NCBI GenBank assembly: GCA_018830005.1
Contig: JAHJTE010000001.1
Location: forward strand, 709,624-773,623
DNA: 64,000 nt
Source: Candidatus Omnitrophota bacterium
GTDB lineage: Bacteria > Omnitrophota > Gorgyraeia > JAHJTE01
Direction of reading: 5' to 3'
The notes under the pieces are model-generated. The model made no database searches. It was not told where the DNA came from and worked only from the letters and a program-made list of their open reading frames with translations. Positions 1 through 10,237 of this stretch are shown here, in pieces (positions within the stretch are counted from its first letter, which is position 1; the number at the start of each line of letters is the position of its first letter). The position numbers and the translations under genes were made by a program.

Positions 1-5
1 AGTCT

Positions 6-344
6 TTGCCGCCAATTGAGATTGTACCGGATGAGCAATTTTTCAATTTTCAGGCTAAATATAAAAGCGAAGGCACGCAATATATTGTTCCGGCAAGGTT
101 AGATAAAACTTTATTAGAGCAGTTTAGGCATGCTGCGTTCTCTGCGCATAAATGCCTATCTTGTAGTGGATTTTCTCGTGTGGATATGCTTCTTGGCGCT
201 GGTGATAATAAGATTTATGTGCTTGAAGTGAATACGATTCCTGGTTTAACCGAAAGGAGTCTACTCCCTAAAGCGGCTAAGTATATCGGCCTTGATTTTC
301 CAAGGCTGTGTCAGGAAATACTAGGATTGGCTAGAGGCTTATGA
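6..344 (+). CDS. ddl: D-alanine--D-alanine ligase, C-terminal part (5' end outside the window)
   Basis: The translation ends ...LEVNTIPGLTERSLLPKAAKYIGLDFPRLCQEIL, the conserved Ddl C-terminus. It lies directly upstream of ftsQ-ftsA, the dcw-cluster order. Confidence 0.8.
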   Translation: MPPIEIVPDEQFFNFQAKYKSEGTQYIVPARLDKTLLEQFRHAAFSAHKCLSCSGFSRVDMLLGAGDNKIYVLEVNTIPGLTERSLLPKAAKYIGLDFPRLCQEILGLARGL

Positions 345-1147
345 AATATCAAAAGAGAAATATCAAGATTAAGCAAAAAAAGATTTTTAAAATAAGGTAT
401 ATAAGGAAGTTTGCGATATTTTCTATTTTAGTTATTTTAGCAATTCTGACTCTAAATCCCTCTTTTAAGAAGATACAAAAAAGCGCCTTTTTCGAAGTCA
501 GGACAGTTGTAATAAAAGGCAATCCCGGCTGGCTTGAGCACTCTGTGAGATTTCTTATTGGTAAGAATCTTTTTAGCATTGATTTAGACAAGGTCAGAAA
601 CAGATTAAAATATGAGCATTCTGAAATAGAAGAGATCTCATTAAGTAGACTTTGGCCAGATGCAATATATATTAAGTTTACTCTTAGAAAGGCTGTGGCG
701 ACATTGGCAGCAAGGGAAGATTTATTAGTTGACAAATACGGATTCTTTTTAGAAAGAGGCAAATATAAAGAGGCTGTCCTTGATTTACCTCTGATTCAAG
801 GCATCTCTCTTAGGGGATCAGAGAGAAAAAAGCGCATAAATTTAGATGCTAAAGTCACAGCAGCATTCGAACTTATCCAGCTATATTCAAAGTCAGGGAT
901 CTTAGATGATTACAGGCTGATTGAGGTAGATGTCGGACATATCTCCAAAAACGCACTCTCTATTAGCAAAAAAGAATCTGGCAAAGATCAGCATCGAATA
1001 ATTGTAAAGGTTGGCGAAGGTTCATATAAGAGGAAGTTAGAGATGCTAGAGGTCTTCTTAAACAAGGCAGATTTTAACTGGGCTAATATAAATTATGTTG
1101 ATTTGCGTTTTAACGAGCCGATCGTTGGTTTAAAAGATGGGCAATAG
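341..1147 (+). CDS. ftsQ: cell division protein FtsQ/DivIB (N-terminal TM helix plus POTRA-like region)
   Basis: 268 aa with a basic N-terminus and one TM helix, then a periplasmic domain. It sits between ddl and ftsA. Its ATGA start overlaps the ddl stop. Confidence 0.65.
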   Translation: MKYQKRNIKIKQKKIFKIRYIRKFAIFSILVILAILTLNPSFKKIQKSAFFEVRTVVIKGNPGWLEHSVRFLIGKNLFSIDLDKVRNRLKYEHSEIEEISLSRLWPDAIYIKFTLRKAVATLAAREDLLVDKYGFFLERGKYKEAVLDLPLIQGISLRGSERKKRINLDAKVTAAFELIQLYSKSGILDDYRLIEVDVGHISKNALSISKKESGKDQHRIIVKVGEGSYKRKLEMLEVFLNKADFNWANINYVDLRFNEPIVGLKDGQ

Positions 1148-2372
1148 TCAAATTTTTGTTGTGGATATCGGAGGCAGTAAGGTAAGTGCAGCCTTGGCAT
1201 TCTGCTCAAGGGACAATAGAATTTTTGAGATTTTTACTGAGTCCGCAAAAAGAAGAGCTGTATCTAGAAATAGCACAGAGTACATGAGCGATTTGAGTGA
1301 TATAATTTCAAACATCAAGACATCCTTAGAGAGGAAGACCGATACCAGATTAAAAGATGTCTTTGCCAATATTGATTCCGAATTTGTAAGTTGTCGCCTA
1401 AGTAAGGCGGCAATGGCCTTGACCCAAGGCGTTGCAAAGACTGTTTCGCATTCAGAGTTGAAGAGGGTCCAGAGTCAAGCCCGGCATTTGGGGCTTAAGC
1501 TTGATGAAGAAATACTGCATGAATTTCCTAGCCGCTATATAGTCGACTCAAACGTGGCTGTAGGCAATCCCTTGGGATTAGCAGCCAGAAAATTAGAAGT
1601 GGACCTATTCCTTATAGTCGCAAAGGCTATTGGTGTTGATTCTATGACTAAGATCCTAAGTCGCTCTGGACTAAAACTCAAATCAGTTTCCTTTTCAGGG
1701 ATTGCATCTGCTGCGGCAATATTAAAGAGCAGGGAAGAATTGCAAAATGCAGTTGTAATTGATATTGGAGCCCTAAATACAAAGATTGCGATTTTTTCTG
1801 ATGGCATCTTAAATGATGTAAAGGTGATACATTTTGCTGGAAATAATATTAGCGAGGCTATTTCAAGTTCCCTAAATCTATCTTATGCACTTGCTGAGGA
1901 ATTGAAAGAAACCTATAGCAGCGTAGCAGTTGATGTTGCTTTATCCGACGACGACATCATGATCAAGACCAAAAACTCTTATAAGACAATTAAACGCTCC
2001 AAGGTTTCTAAAGCGGCATTGCCAGAGGTAAAGAGATTGATTTCTTTGATAAAAGATTGCCTGGGTCAAGCCTTATCGAATGAGCCGCGTATTTTTGTCT
2101 GTGGAGGTACTGCGCTTTTAGATGGTCTCTTGGAGGCATTGGAGGCTGAGCTATCAGTACCAGTTGTTCTTGGCCGTCCAAACGTAGACTATTTCCCGGC
2201 CCAAAAACGTAATAATTTTTTCAAAAATCCTAGCCAGGCAACGATGGTCGGCCTTATTGCACTGGCTTTAAAAAAAGCAGATGTGATACCCGCCTCACCC
2301 AAGCCTAAAGGAAAAGAATTATTCGGTCAATTTCTTGAGAAAGTAAAGCAGGCCTATACTGATTATTTTTAG
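1137..2372 (+). CDS. ftsA: cell division protein FtsA (actin-like ATPase)
   Basis: N-terminal VVDIGGSKV phosphate-1 motif, CGGTALLDGL in the second actin-fold half, and a C-terminal amphipathic tail. It follows ftsQ. Confidence 0.8.
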   Translation: MGNSQIFVVDIGGSKVSAALAFCSRDNRIFEIFTESAKRRAVSRNSTEYMSDLSDIISNIKTSLERKTDTRLKDVFANIDSEFVSCRLSKAAMALTQGVAKTVSHSELKRVQSQARHLGLKLDEEILHEFPSRYIVDSNVAVGNPLGLAARKLEVDLFLIVAKAIGVDSMTKILSRSGLKLKSVSFSGIASAAAILKSREELQNAVVIDIGALNTKIAIFSDGILNDVKVIHFAGNNISEAISSSLNLSYALAEELKETYSSVAVDVALSDDDIMIKTKNSYKTIKRSKVSKAALPEVKRLISLIKDCLGQALSNEPRIFVCGGTALLDGLLEALEAELSVPVVLGRPNVDYFPAQKRNNFFKNPSQATMVGLIALALKKADVIPASPKPKGKELFGQFLEKVKQAYTDYF

Positions 2373-2428
2373 TCACCTTCCTCAACGTCCTCATATGAGT
2401 CCTTTTCCATTGACACTCATTTAGTTTT

Positions 2429-3157
2429 ATGTTAAGTTATTCCGTTAGCATTCTTAAAAAGTCAAAAGAGATGATTCAAGAAAATATTTTGCGCTTAAAG
2501 GAGCGCATAACCGCAGTCTGTAACCGCCTAGGCAGAAACCCGCAAGAAATTAAGATTGTCGCTATTACAAAAAATACCACACCCCCAATGATTAAGCAGG
2601 CTATTGATTACGGTATTAATGATATTGGCGAAAATCGTGTTCAGGATGCTATTTCAAAGTTTGCCAGTTTAGAGAGCGAGAAGATAAAATTTAGCAAACA
2701 TATGGTTGGCCATCTACAGACTAACAAGGCCAAAAAGTGCGTTGAAATATTTGATCTTATACAGTCTGTAGACAGCCTAAAACTAGCCTCAGAGATTAAT
2801 GAGCAGGCTGAAAAAATCAACAAAATCCAGAATATATTGATCCAGGTCAATACCTCTAGCGAAGTAACTAAATTCGGTCTGAAGTGCGAAGAGCTCAAAG
2901 GTTTTATAAGAGAGATTCCCAAATTTGAAAATTTAAAGGTTCAGGGTCTCATGACCATAGCGCCTTTAGTAGAGAATCCTCAAGAAGTACGTATCTTTTT
3001 TAAGAGATTAAGTGAATTAAAAGATAAGATTAACGAGCAGAGAGAGCAGGCTGAAAATATAGGAATCCTCTCAATGGGCATGACTGATGATTTTGAGGTA
3101 GCAATTGAGGAAGGCTCAAATATGATTAGGGTTGGCAGGGCTATTTTTGGAGACTAG
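2429..3157 (+). CDS. yggS: YggS/YlmE-family pyridoxal-phosphate homeostasis protein (alanine-racemase N-domain fold)
   Basis: IVAITKNT, GENRVQD and MGMTDDFEVAIEEGSNMIRVGRAIFG motifs. The true start may be the Met at 2471. Confidence 0.8.
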   Translation: MLSYSVSILKKSKEMIQENILRLKERITAVCNRLGRNPQEIKIVAITKNTTPPMIKQAIDYGINDIGENRVQDAISKFASLESEKIKFSKHMVGHLQTNKAKKCVEIFDLIQSVDSLKLASEINEQAEKINKIQNILIQVNTSSEVTKFGLKCEELKGFIREIPKFENLKVQGLMTIAPLVENPQEVRIFFKRLSELKDKINEQREQAENIGILSMGMTDDFEVAIEEGSNMIRVGRAIFGD

Positions 3158-3982
3158 ATGCAAAAAGGAATCGGGATTATAGGCTTTGGTAATATGGGTT
3201 CGGCGATTGCTGAACAATTAAAAGATAAATATCAAATTTTTGTTTTTGATAAGGATGAAAATAAGACCAGAGATTTAAGCTCTATTTATGTTAGTAGAGA
3301 TATTGATAGTTTATTAGCTAGAGTCGATACAGTTATATTGGCAGTAAAGCCGCAGGACTTTGATGCCTTAGTTAGCAAGATAAAAGATTTGCTCGCAAAT
3401 AAACTTGTGGTTTCGATTGCTGCTGGTATTTCTACAGAATATATCCAGAAGGAATTAGGCAAGGTGCGTATTATTCGCAGCATGCCTAATCTTCCTGCTA
3501 AAATAGGCCGTGGCATGATTTGTATATGTAGGGGCCAATATGCTACTGGCAATGATTTGAAATTTGCAAGAGAACTGTTTCTAAATTTGGGAACTATACT
3601 AGAGGTAGATGAGTCTATGATGGATTCTGCAACAGCAATCTCTGGCAGCGGCCCGGGTTTTCTCTATGCATTTCTTGAAAATAGAGAAAAAAGCCAATGG
3701 CCTGATTTTTTAAAAGAGAAATTCATACCTAAGCTCTCTGAGTCAGCCCTGAAGGCAGGCTTCAGGCAAGAAGAGGCCAAAATCTTGGCTAATCACACTG
3801 CTTGCGGTAGCCTTGCGTTACTAGAGCAGACTGGGCTAGGCCCGCAAGATTTACGAATGCAGGTTACTTCTAAAGGAGGCACTACAGAAGCTGGCTTAAA
3901 GAAATTAGACGTTAATAATGTTGAGTCTTTACTTGCGGCATGTGAAGCAGCTTTATTAAAAGTAAAGTCATTGTCGCGCTAG
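3158..3982 (+). CDS. proC: pyrroline-5-carboxylate reductase
   Basis: IGIIGFGNMGSAIAEQL Rossmann N-terminus and a conserved TSKGGTTEAGL C-terminal motif. Confidence 0.85.
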   Translation: MQKGIGIIGFGNMGSAIAEQLKDKYQIFVFDKDENKTRDLSSIYVSRDIDSLLARVDTVILAVKPQDFDALVSKIKDLLANKLVVSIAAGISTEYIQKELGKVRIIRSMPNLPAKIGRGMICICRGQYATGNDLKFARELFLNLGTILEVDESMMDSATAISGSGPGFLYAFLENREKSQWPDFLKEKFIPKLSESALKAGFRQEEAKILANHTACGSLALLEQTGLGPQDLRMQVTSKGGTTEAGLKKLDVNNVESLLAACEAALLKVKSLSR

Positions 3983-3992
3983 GGGAGTAATT

Positions 3993-4856
3993 ATGTCAGG
4001 AAAAATCGGAATCATGGGTGGAAGCGGCTTACAAAAATTAGAAGGGATAAAGGATGTGAGAAAAGAAGAGGTTAAGACACCTTTCGGAGATGCGTCGGAT
4101 AAATTTGTAATTGGGAAGCTAGAAGGCAAAGAGGTTGTTTTTCTGCCGCGGCATGGCCTGGGCCATAGGATAGCTCCGAGTGAAATAAATTATCGGGCTA
4201 ATATTTATGGAATGAAAAAACTTGGCGTTGAAAGAATAATCTCTGTAACTGCCTGCGGTAGTTTAAAAGAGGATATCAGGCCTTTAGATTTTGTGGCTGT
4301 TGATCAGTTTGTTGACAGGACTAATCATGCAAGGGATATGACCTTTTTTGATAAGGATATTGTTGTCCATGTAGTTTTTGCACATCCAGTATGCGCAGGG
4401 CTTTCTAATTCGATATGTGAGGCTGCTAAGCTAGGAGATGTCAGTATTCACAAGGGTGGTACCTACATAAACATGGAAGGACCCGCATTTTCAACTCTAG
4501 CAGAGTCGAATCTTTACCGGTCTTGGGGAATGGATATAATTGGCATGACTAATATGGCTGAGGCAAAATTAGCACGAGAGGCAGAGATATGTTATGCGAC
4601 ATTGGCTGCTGTAACGGATTATGACTGTTGGCATCTTGAACATGAAAGCGTAACTATAGATTTAGTAATTGCCAACTTACAAAAGAATATTGATAACGCA
4701 AAGAAGATCATATCTAATCTTGTTAAAATCCTACCGGACAAAAGAGATTGCGGCTGTCGCGATGCGCTTAAGTTTGCAATTATTACAGATAAAAACCTAA
4801 TACCGAATAGGGTAAAGAAAGATCTAGATATTATCATCGGAAAGTATATAAAATGA
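3993..4856 (+). CDS. mtnP: S-methyl-5'-thioadenosine phosphorylase
   Basis: IGIMGGSGL ... VTACGSL ... GMTNMAEAKLAREAEICYATLAAVTDYDCW, the PNP/MTAP family signature. Confidence 0.8.
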   Translation: MSGKIGIMGGSGLQKLEGIKDVRKEEVKTPFGDASDKFVIGKLEGKEVVFLPRHGLGHRIAPSEINYRANIYGMKKLGVERIISVTACGSLKEDIRPLDFVAVDQFVDRTNHARDMTFFDKDIVVHVVFAHPVCAGLSNSICEAAKLGDVSIHKGGTYINMEGPAFSTLAESNLYRSWGMDIIGMTNMAEAKLAREAEICYATLAAVTDYDCWHLEHESVTIDLVIANLQKNIDNAKKIISNLVKILPDKRDCGCRDALKFAIITDKNLIPNRVKKDLDIIIGKYIK

Positions 4857-7630
4857 GCCAGGATTATCGCAACACATTAAATCTACCAAAGACGTCTTTT
4901 AACATGCGGGCAAATCTGCCGAAGAATGAGCCTAAGATTTTAGATTCTTGGCAGGCTAGGAAGATTTACGATAAAATCAAGCTCAAGTATTCTAAAAGTA
5001 AATCTTATATCCTGCATGATGGGCCTCCTTATGCCAATGGTCATATCCACATCGGCCATGTCTTGAATAAGACCTTAAAGGATATCGTCGTAAAATACAA
5101 GACAATGAAAGGTTATAATTCTCCCTTTGTGCCTGGTTGGGATTGTCACGGTCTTCCCGTAGAACATCAGTTATTCAAGGAATTGGGAATAAATAAGGAC
5201 CAGATAGATCAGTTGAAATTTAGACGTAAGGCTTATGATTATGCAGTTAAATTTGTTAAAGTGCAGAAGCAGGAGTTTGAGCGTTTAGGGGTTTTTGCAG
5301 ATTGGGACAAGCCTTATTTGACATTAGATAATGACTATGAAGAAAGCATTATTGATTCATTTGCAAAATTAGTAAAAAAAGGATATATCTATCGCGGCCT
5401 AAAACCTGTTAACTGGTGTGCAAGGTGCGAAACTGCTTTAGCTGAAGCAGAGGTCGAATATGAAAAGCATACTTCACCTTCAGTATTCATTAAATTAAAA
5501 ATTGATGAATCTAATCAGATTCTTAAGGATAGCTATTTCGTGATTTGGACAACCACTCCCTGGACATTAATTGCGAATGTGGCAGTAGCAGCTCATCCTG
5601 ATTTCAATTATGCATACATTAAAACAGAGAAGGGCAATTTAATTTTATTAAAGGAATTATCCTCGCAACTTTTAGCGGCATTTGGCATAGAAAAATACGA
5701 GCTTATCAAAGAGATAAAAGGCAGAGATCTAGAAGGTCTAGGTTATACGCATGCTTTTGAGTTTAGGAAGGGTAAGGTTGTTTTAGCTGATTATGTATCT
5801 AAAGAGGAAGGCAGTGGTCTTGTTCATATAGCCCCGGGGCATGGTAGCGAAGATTATTTAACAGGCTTAAAATATAAGCTGGATATCGTGATGCCTGTAG
5901 ATGCAAAAGGAGTTTTTGATAAAACTGCGCATGAATTTAATGGCCTGAATGTGTTTAAGGCCAATGACATCATTATTGATAAACTAAAGATGAGAGGTTC
6001 ACTGCTGCGTACTGATAATATTGATCACTCTTATCCGCATTGCTGGAGATGCAAGAGCCCGGTAATATTCAGGGCAACAAAGCAGTGGTTTTTGAGAGTT
6101 GATCATAAGGAAAATATTTTTGCTAAGACCTTAAGGAGAAGACTCCAGGATGTAATCAAAAAGATTAGATGGATACCTGCAACCGGCAGGGAAAGGATTG
6201 CGACAATGGTGCAGTTAAGACCAGATTGGTGCTTGTCGCGTCAGCGCTATTGGGGCGTGCCTGTTCCAGCATTGGTGTGTAACAGCTGTCAGGAGGAATT
6301 CCTAGAGCCTAAGGTTATTGAGAGATTCAGCCGATTTATTAGCGAAGATGGTTCAGATGCGTGGTTAAAAAGAGACTTAGGAGATTTCCTTCCACCTGGC
6401 CTGAGTTGTCCGCATTGCGCAGGGAAGGATTTTTCGAAAGGAACTGATATCTTAGATGTCTGGTTTGATTCAGGCGTAAGCCATCAAGCAGTATTAAAGA
6501 GAAGAGCCGATTTAACCTTTCCTTGTGAATTATATCTAGAGGGTTCTGATCAGCATCGGGGTTGGTTTCAGTCTTCTTTGATACCTTCAATGTGCATAGA
6601 CAAACGAGCTCCATTTAAGGCCGTCTTAACTCACGGTTTTGTAGTTGATGGCAATGGAAGAAAGATGTCCAAGTCTTTAGGCAACGTAATTTCTCCCCAG
6701 GAGATTATTAAAGATTACGGAGTAGATATCTTAAGATTGTGGGTTGCTTCCAGCGATTATAATTTTGATGTGCGTATATCAGTCCAGATTCTGGCTCGTC
6801 TGTCTGAGGCCTACAGAAAAATAAGAAACACGATAAGATTTCTCTTGGGGAACTTATATGATTTTAATCCTAGAGAAATGAAATTAGACCTTAAAGATTT
6901 TAGTATATTTGACCGTTGGGCTATTTCAAGGCTATCTGAACTTACTGAACAGGTCGGTAAGTATTATGAGGATTTTGATTACTATAAGGCCTACCAGACT
7001 ATATATAGTTTTTGCTTAAGCTCTATGAGCACTTTTTATCTTGACGTAATGAAAGATTTACTTTATACTTCTAGGGCTAATTCTAAGGCACGCAGGGCAA
7101 CCCAAAGCGTTCTTTATCAAATATTACTTGTTCTTTCTAAGCTTATCGCTCCGATTTTAAGTTTTACTGCTGAAGAGGTATGGCAATCAATTCCCGCAGT
7201 AGAAGAAGAGAGTGTTTTCTTAAGTCCCTGGCCGAAGCTTAATAAAAAGTGGCGAGATTTAGGACTCGAGAATGATTTTAGAAAGATTTTAGAAATACGC
7301 GATTTAGTTTTAAAGGCCTTAGAGACAAAGCGTAGCCAAGGTATTATCGGAAGCCCCCTAGAGGCACGCGTAATCTTAGAAGTTAAGAACGAAAAAGATT
7401 TTAGGTTGCTTGATAAATTCCGTCATGATTTACCTGCGGTTTTTATAGTTTCACAAGTAGATTTAAGCAGAGGCAGTACTCTTAGCATAAAGATAGAAAA
7501 GGCAAAGGGCACTAAATGTGCGCGTTGCTGGAATTACAACGAAAATGTAGGTCTGGATAAAGTTTATCCTGAGATTTGTCCCAAGTGTATTAAGACATTA
7601 GGAGAGTCAGGCGAAGCTGCTAGGTCATAG
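4853..7630 (+). CDS. ileS: isoleucyl-tRNA synthetase
   Basis: 925 aa with a HIGH motif (PYANGHIHIGHVLNK), a KMSKS motif and a C-terminal Zn-finger (CARCWNY...CPKC). Confidence 0.95.
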   Translation: MSQDYRNTLNLPKTSFNMRANLPKNEPKILDSWQARKIYDKIKLKYSKSKSYILHDGPPYANGHIHIGHVLNKTLKDIVVKYKTMKGYNSPFVPGWDCHGLPVEHQLFKELGINKDQIDQLKFRRKAYDYAVKFVKVQKQEFERLGVFADWDKPYLTLDNDYEESIIDSFAKLVKKGYIYRGLKPVNWCARCETALAEAEVEYEKHTSPSVFIKLKIDESNQILKDSYFVIWTTTPWTLIANVAVAAHPDFNYAYIKTEKGNLILLKELSSQLLAAFGIEKYELIKEIKGRDLEGLGYTHAFEFRKGKVVLADYVSKEEGSGLVHIAPGHGSEDYLTGLKYKLDIVMPVDAKGVFDKTAHEFNGLNVFKANDIIIDKLKMRGSLLRTDNIDHSYPHCWRCKSPVIFRATKQWFLRVDHKENIFAKTLRRRLQDVIKKIRWIPATGRERIATMVQLRPDWCLSRQRYWGVPVPALVCNSCQEEFLEPKVIERFSRFISEDGSDAWLKRDLGDFLPPGLSCPHCAGKDFSKGTDILDVWFDSGVSHQAVLKRRADLTFPCELYLEGSDQHRGWFQSSLIPSMCIDKRAPFKAVLTHGFVVDGNGRKMSKSLGNVISPQEIIKDYGVDILRLWVASSDYNFDVRISVQILARLSEAYRKIRNTIRFLLGNLYDFNPREMKLDLKDFSIFDRWAISRLSELTEQVGKYYEDFDYYKAYQTIYSFCLSSMSTFYLDVMKDLLYTSRANSKARRATQSVLYQILLVLSKLIAPILSFTAEEVWQSIPAVEEESVFLSPWPKLNKKWRDLGLENDFRKILEIRDLVLKALETKRSQGIIGSPLEARVILEVKNEKDFRLLDKFRHDLPAVFIVSQVDLSRGSTLSIKIEKAKGTKCARCWNYNENVGLDKVYPEICPKCIKTLGESGEAARS

Positions 7631-7656
7631 GTTCATTCAAAAAAGGAGAATCAAAA

Positions 7657-8040
7657 GTGAAAAGGAAGTTATTGAGGAAGGATTTGAAAAATTTCAAGAA
7701 TTTAATAATAAAAAGAAAAGAAGAGATCCTTGAGGAATTAAGACACATAAGAGATGACACCTTGCGTCAGTCTCAGCGTGATGCTGCCGGAGATATAAGC
7801 GCCTATACCCTACATATGGCAGATATTGCTACTGATAGTTATGATCGTGAATTTTCTTTAGGTATCGCCTCCAACGAACGGAAGATACTTTATGAAATAG
7901 ATGACTCTTTAAAACGAATAGAAGAGGGAACATTTGGCATATGTGAATGCTGTGATAAGCCGATTGCGAAAACAAGGCTCAAGGTCCTACCCTATACGCG
8001 ACTGTGCAGAAAGTGTCAGGAAAAACTAGAGAAAAAATAA
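7657..8040 (+). CDS. DksA/TraR-family C4 zinc-finger protein
   Basis: GTG start. It has a coiled-coil N-terminus and a CECCDKPI...x17...CRKC zinc finger. It lies between ileS and lspA. Confidence 0.65.
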   Translation: MKRKLLRKDLKNFKNLIIKRKEEILEELRHIRDDTLRQSQRDAAGDISAYTLHMADIATDSYDREFSLGIASNERKILYEIDDSLKRIEEGTFGICECCDKPIAKTRLKVLPYTRLCRKCQEKLEKK

Positions 8041-8471
8041 TATTTTTTCTTTCTACCTTCCTTATTGTCCTCTTTGATTTTTTATCCAAGAGACTAATCT
8101 TAAATAGACTGTATTTTGGCGAGAGCATTCCTTTGATTCAGGGAGTTTTTCATATTAGCCTCGTAGCGAATCGCGGCAGCGCATTTGGGCTATTCAAGAA
8201 TCTATCCAGTTTCTTTACTGTATTTTCGATTATCGCAGTCTTGGTAGTTGGCTATTTATTTTTAACATCTAGGCAGACATCGAAGATATATCATCTTTCT
8301 CTTTCCTTGATTCTGGGCGGCGCCTTAGGTAATTTGATTGATAGGATCAGCCTTGGTTTTGTTGTCGACTTCCTGGATTTTAGAATCTGGCCGGTATTTA
8401 ATCTTGCTGATAGTGCAATAACTATCGGAGTCGGATTGTTAATCCTCCAGTTATTACATAAAAAGAAGTAA
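8004..8471 (+). CDS. lspA: lipoprotein signal peptidase II
   Basis: Four TM helices, ANRGSAFG and FNLADSAITIGVGLLIL motifs. The start is uncertain because the ORF overlaps the upstream gene by 37 nt. Confidence 0.85.
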   Translation: MQKVSGKTREKIIFFLSTFLIVLFDFLSKRLILNRLYFGESIPLIQGVFHISLVANRGSAFGLFKNLSSFFTVFSIIAVLVVGYLFLTSRQTSKIYHLSLSLILGGALGNLIDRISLGFVVDFLDFRIWPVFNLADSAITIGVGLLILQLLHKKK

Positions 8472-8498
8472 GCGATTAAGTTATAAGGACTAGGTTTA

Positions 8499-9263
8499 AT
8501 GTATCCAGTCATTTGTAGAATAGGCCCATTTACTTTGTATTCTTATGGCTTGATGTTTGCCTTTGCCTCTTTAGTATGTCTTTTCTTCGTAGTCAAAGAA
8601 GGTAAGACAAAAGGTATCCAGAGTACTATATTTTTTGATATTTTCTTCTGGACGCTTATAAGCGCAATAGTGGGCGCGCGCCTTCTTTATATCCTGACAA
8701 ATCTCAATCTTTATCTAGCAGAGCCTAAGGAAATCTTGAATATACACCATGGCGGCCAATCATGGTTTGGCGGTTTTGTCTTTGGCATGTTAGCTGCCAT
8801 AATTTTTATCAGAAGAAAAGGACTATCCTTTTTTTATATTGCAGATATCTTTGCGCCTTATCTTGCCTTGGCTCAAGGTATTGGTAGAATAGGTTGTTTT
8901 CTAAACGGCTGTTGTTATGGAAGGTTGAGTAATTCAATCTTTGCAATAGAATCCTTCTCGCATTCCGGCGCCAGACATCCTACGCAACTATATGCCTTTT
9001 TTAACCTGATATTAATTTTTGTTCTTTTATCCGCCTATAAAAAAAGGCGAAAAGAGATCATCCCTGGTGAGGTCTTCTGTCTATATCTCATCCTTTATGG
9101 TATCAATCGCTTCATAGTTGAGTTTTTCCGCGCTGATACCATTTCTACGCCCATCCTTACTTTAAGTCTTTTTCAGATATTTTCAATTATATGGATACTC
9201 AGCGCAGTTATTGCCTACTTAATTTTAAAAACAAAACATTATAATGGAAAAGCGCGAGTTTAA
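8499..9263 (+). CDS. lgt: prolipoprotein diacylglyceryl transferase
   Basis: GPFTLYSYGLMFAFA N-terminus, the GARLLY and GRIGCFLNGCCYG signature. The lspA-lgt pairing supports the call. Confidence 0.9.
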   Translation: MYPVICRIGPFTLYSYGLMFAFASLVCLFFVVKEGKTKGIQSTIFFDIFFWTLISAIVGARLLYILTNLNLYLAEPKEILNIHHGGQSWFGGFVFGMLAAIIFIRRKGLSFFYIADIFAPYLALAQGIGRIGCFLNGCCYGRLSNSIFAIESFSHSGARHPTQLYAFFNLILIFVLLSAYKKRRKEIIPGEVFCLYLILYGINRFIVEFFRADTISTPILTLSLFQIFSIIWILSAVIAYLILKTKHYNGKARV

Positions 9264-10149
9264 CGTAGAAGAAGAGGCCTCTAGTATGCGTCTGGACATC
9301 TTCTTGACGCATAAGCTATCGGGATCTGTTTCTCGCAATACAGTAAAAAAGCTTATTAGCCAAGGCCATGTTTTCCTAAACTCTAAAGTTAGGAAACCAT
9401 CTTGTAAGTTAAATTATCAGGATAAGGTTTGCGTTGAAATACCGCAAAAAGAGAAGTCTTGTTTAGAGGCATATTATATGCCTCTAAACATTATCTATGA
9501 GGATGATTCTTTATTGGTTGTTGATAAGCCAACAGGATTGAGTGTTCATCCCGGAGCGGGAAATCGCAACCGCACCTTGGTCAACGTCCTGCTTTCCTAT
9601 ACCCAGAGGCTTTCTGATGTTGATCCCAAACGGCCAGGCATTGTGCATAGGTTGGATAAGGACACCTCAGGGCTGTTAATTATTGCCAGGAATAATCAAG
9701 TCCATCTTAATTTGACACGCCAGTTTAAAGACCGCAGCGTAAAAAAAACCTACCTTGCCATTGTCGAAGGCAAGGTCCAGTTTGATGAGGGATTAGTCGA
9801 TGCACCTGTTGGGCCTGATCCACGCAGGCGTAAATTTATGAAAGTTAATTTTGCTCATAAGCGCCAGGCACAGACAACATATAAAGTGCTTAAACGCCTG
9901 CGAAATTTTAGCGTAGTTGAATTGTCTCCGATTACTGGCCGGACGCATCAGTTGAGAGTGCATATGAAATATCTCGGACATCCAATCTTGGGTGATGAAA
10001 AATATTCTGGCCGTTTTAAATTTAGTCGCCTCGCACTTCATGCAAAATTTATAAGATTACGCCACCCAGAAACAGGCAAGATAATGGAATTTAGCTCTTC
10101 CATTCCAAGAGAGATCTCAGAATTTATAAAACAGCAGGAGAAAATTTAA
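9244..10149 (+). CDS. rluD: RluA-family 23S rRNA pseudouridine synthase (RluD-like)
   Basis: An S4-like N-terminus, then the HRLDKDTSGLLIIARN catalytic motif. Confidence 0.85.
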   Translation: MEKREFNVEEEASSMRLDIFLTHKLSGSVSRNTVKKLISQGHVFLNSKVRKPSCKLNYQDKVCVEIPQKEKSCLEAYYMPLNIIYEDDSLLVVDKPTGLSVHPGAGNRNRTLVNVLLSYTQRLSDVDPKRPGIVHRLDKDTSGLLIIARNNQVHLNLTRQFKDRSVKKTYLAIVEGKVQFDEGLVDAPVGPDPRRRKFMKVNFAHKRQAQTTYKVLKRLRNFSVVELSPITGRTHQLRVHMKYLGHPILGDEKYSGRFKFSRLALHAKFIRLRHPETGKIMEFSSSIPREISEFIKQQEKI

Positions 10150-10152
10150 TAT

Positions 10153-10180
10153 TTGAGTTCGATGCTATATTTGTTATAAT
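10153..10180 (+). promoter_or_regulatory. candidate sigma70 promoter with an extended -10 (TTGAGT-N16-TGtTATAAT)
   Basis: Read directly from the sequence, upstream of the 10238 ORF. Confidence 0.35.
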
Positions 10181-10237
10181 AGCAATGTTGGATTGATTCT
10201 GTTAGTTTTAGGGAGAACAATTGAAGGAGGTTTTAAT

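Noticed and set aside
10193-10237. ORF-track start at 10193 for the coiled-coil protein
   Set aside because: There is no RBS, and it would place a hydrophilic 15-aa extension before the TM helix. The ATG at 10238 has a GAAGGAGG RBS 8 nt upstream.
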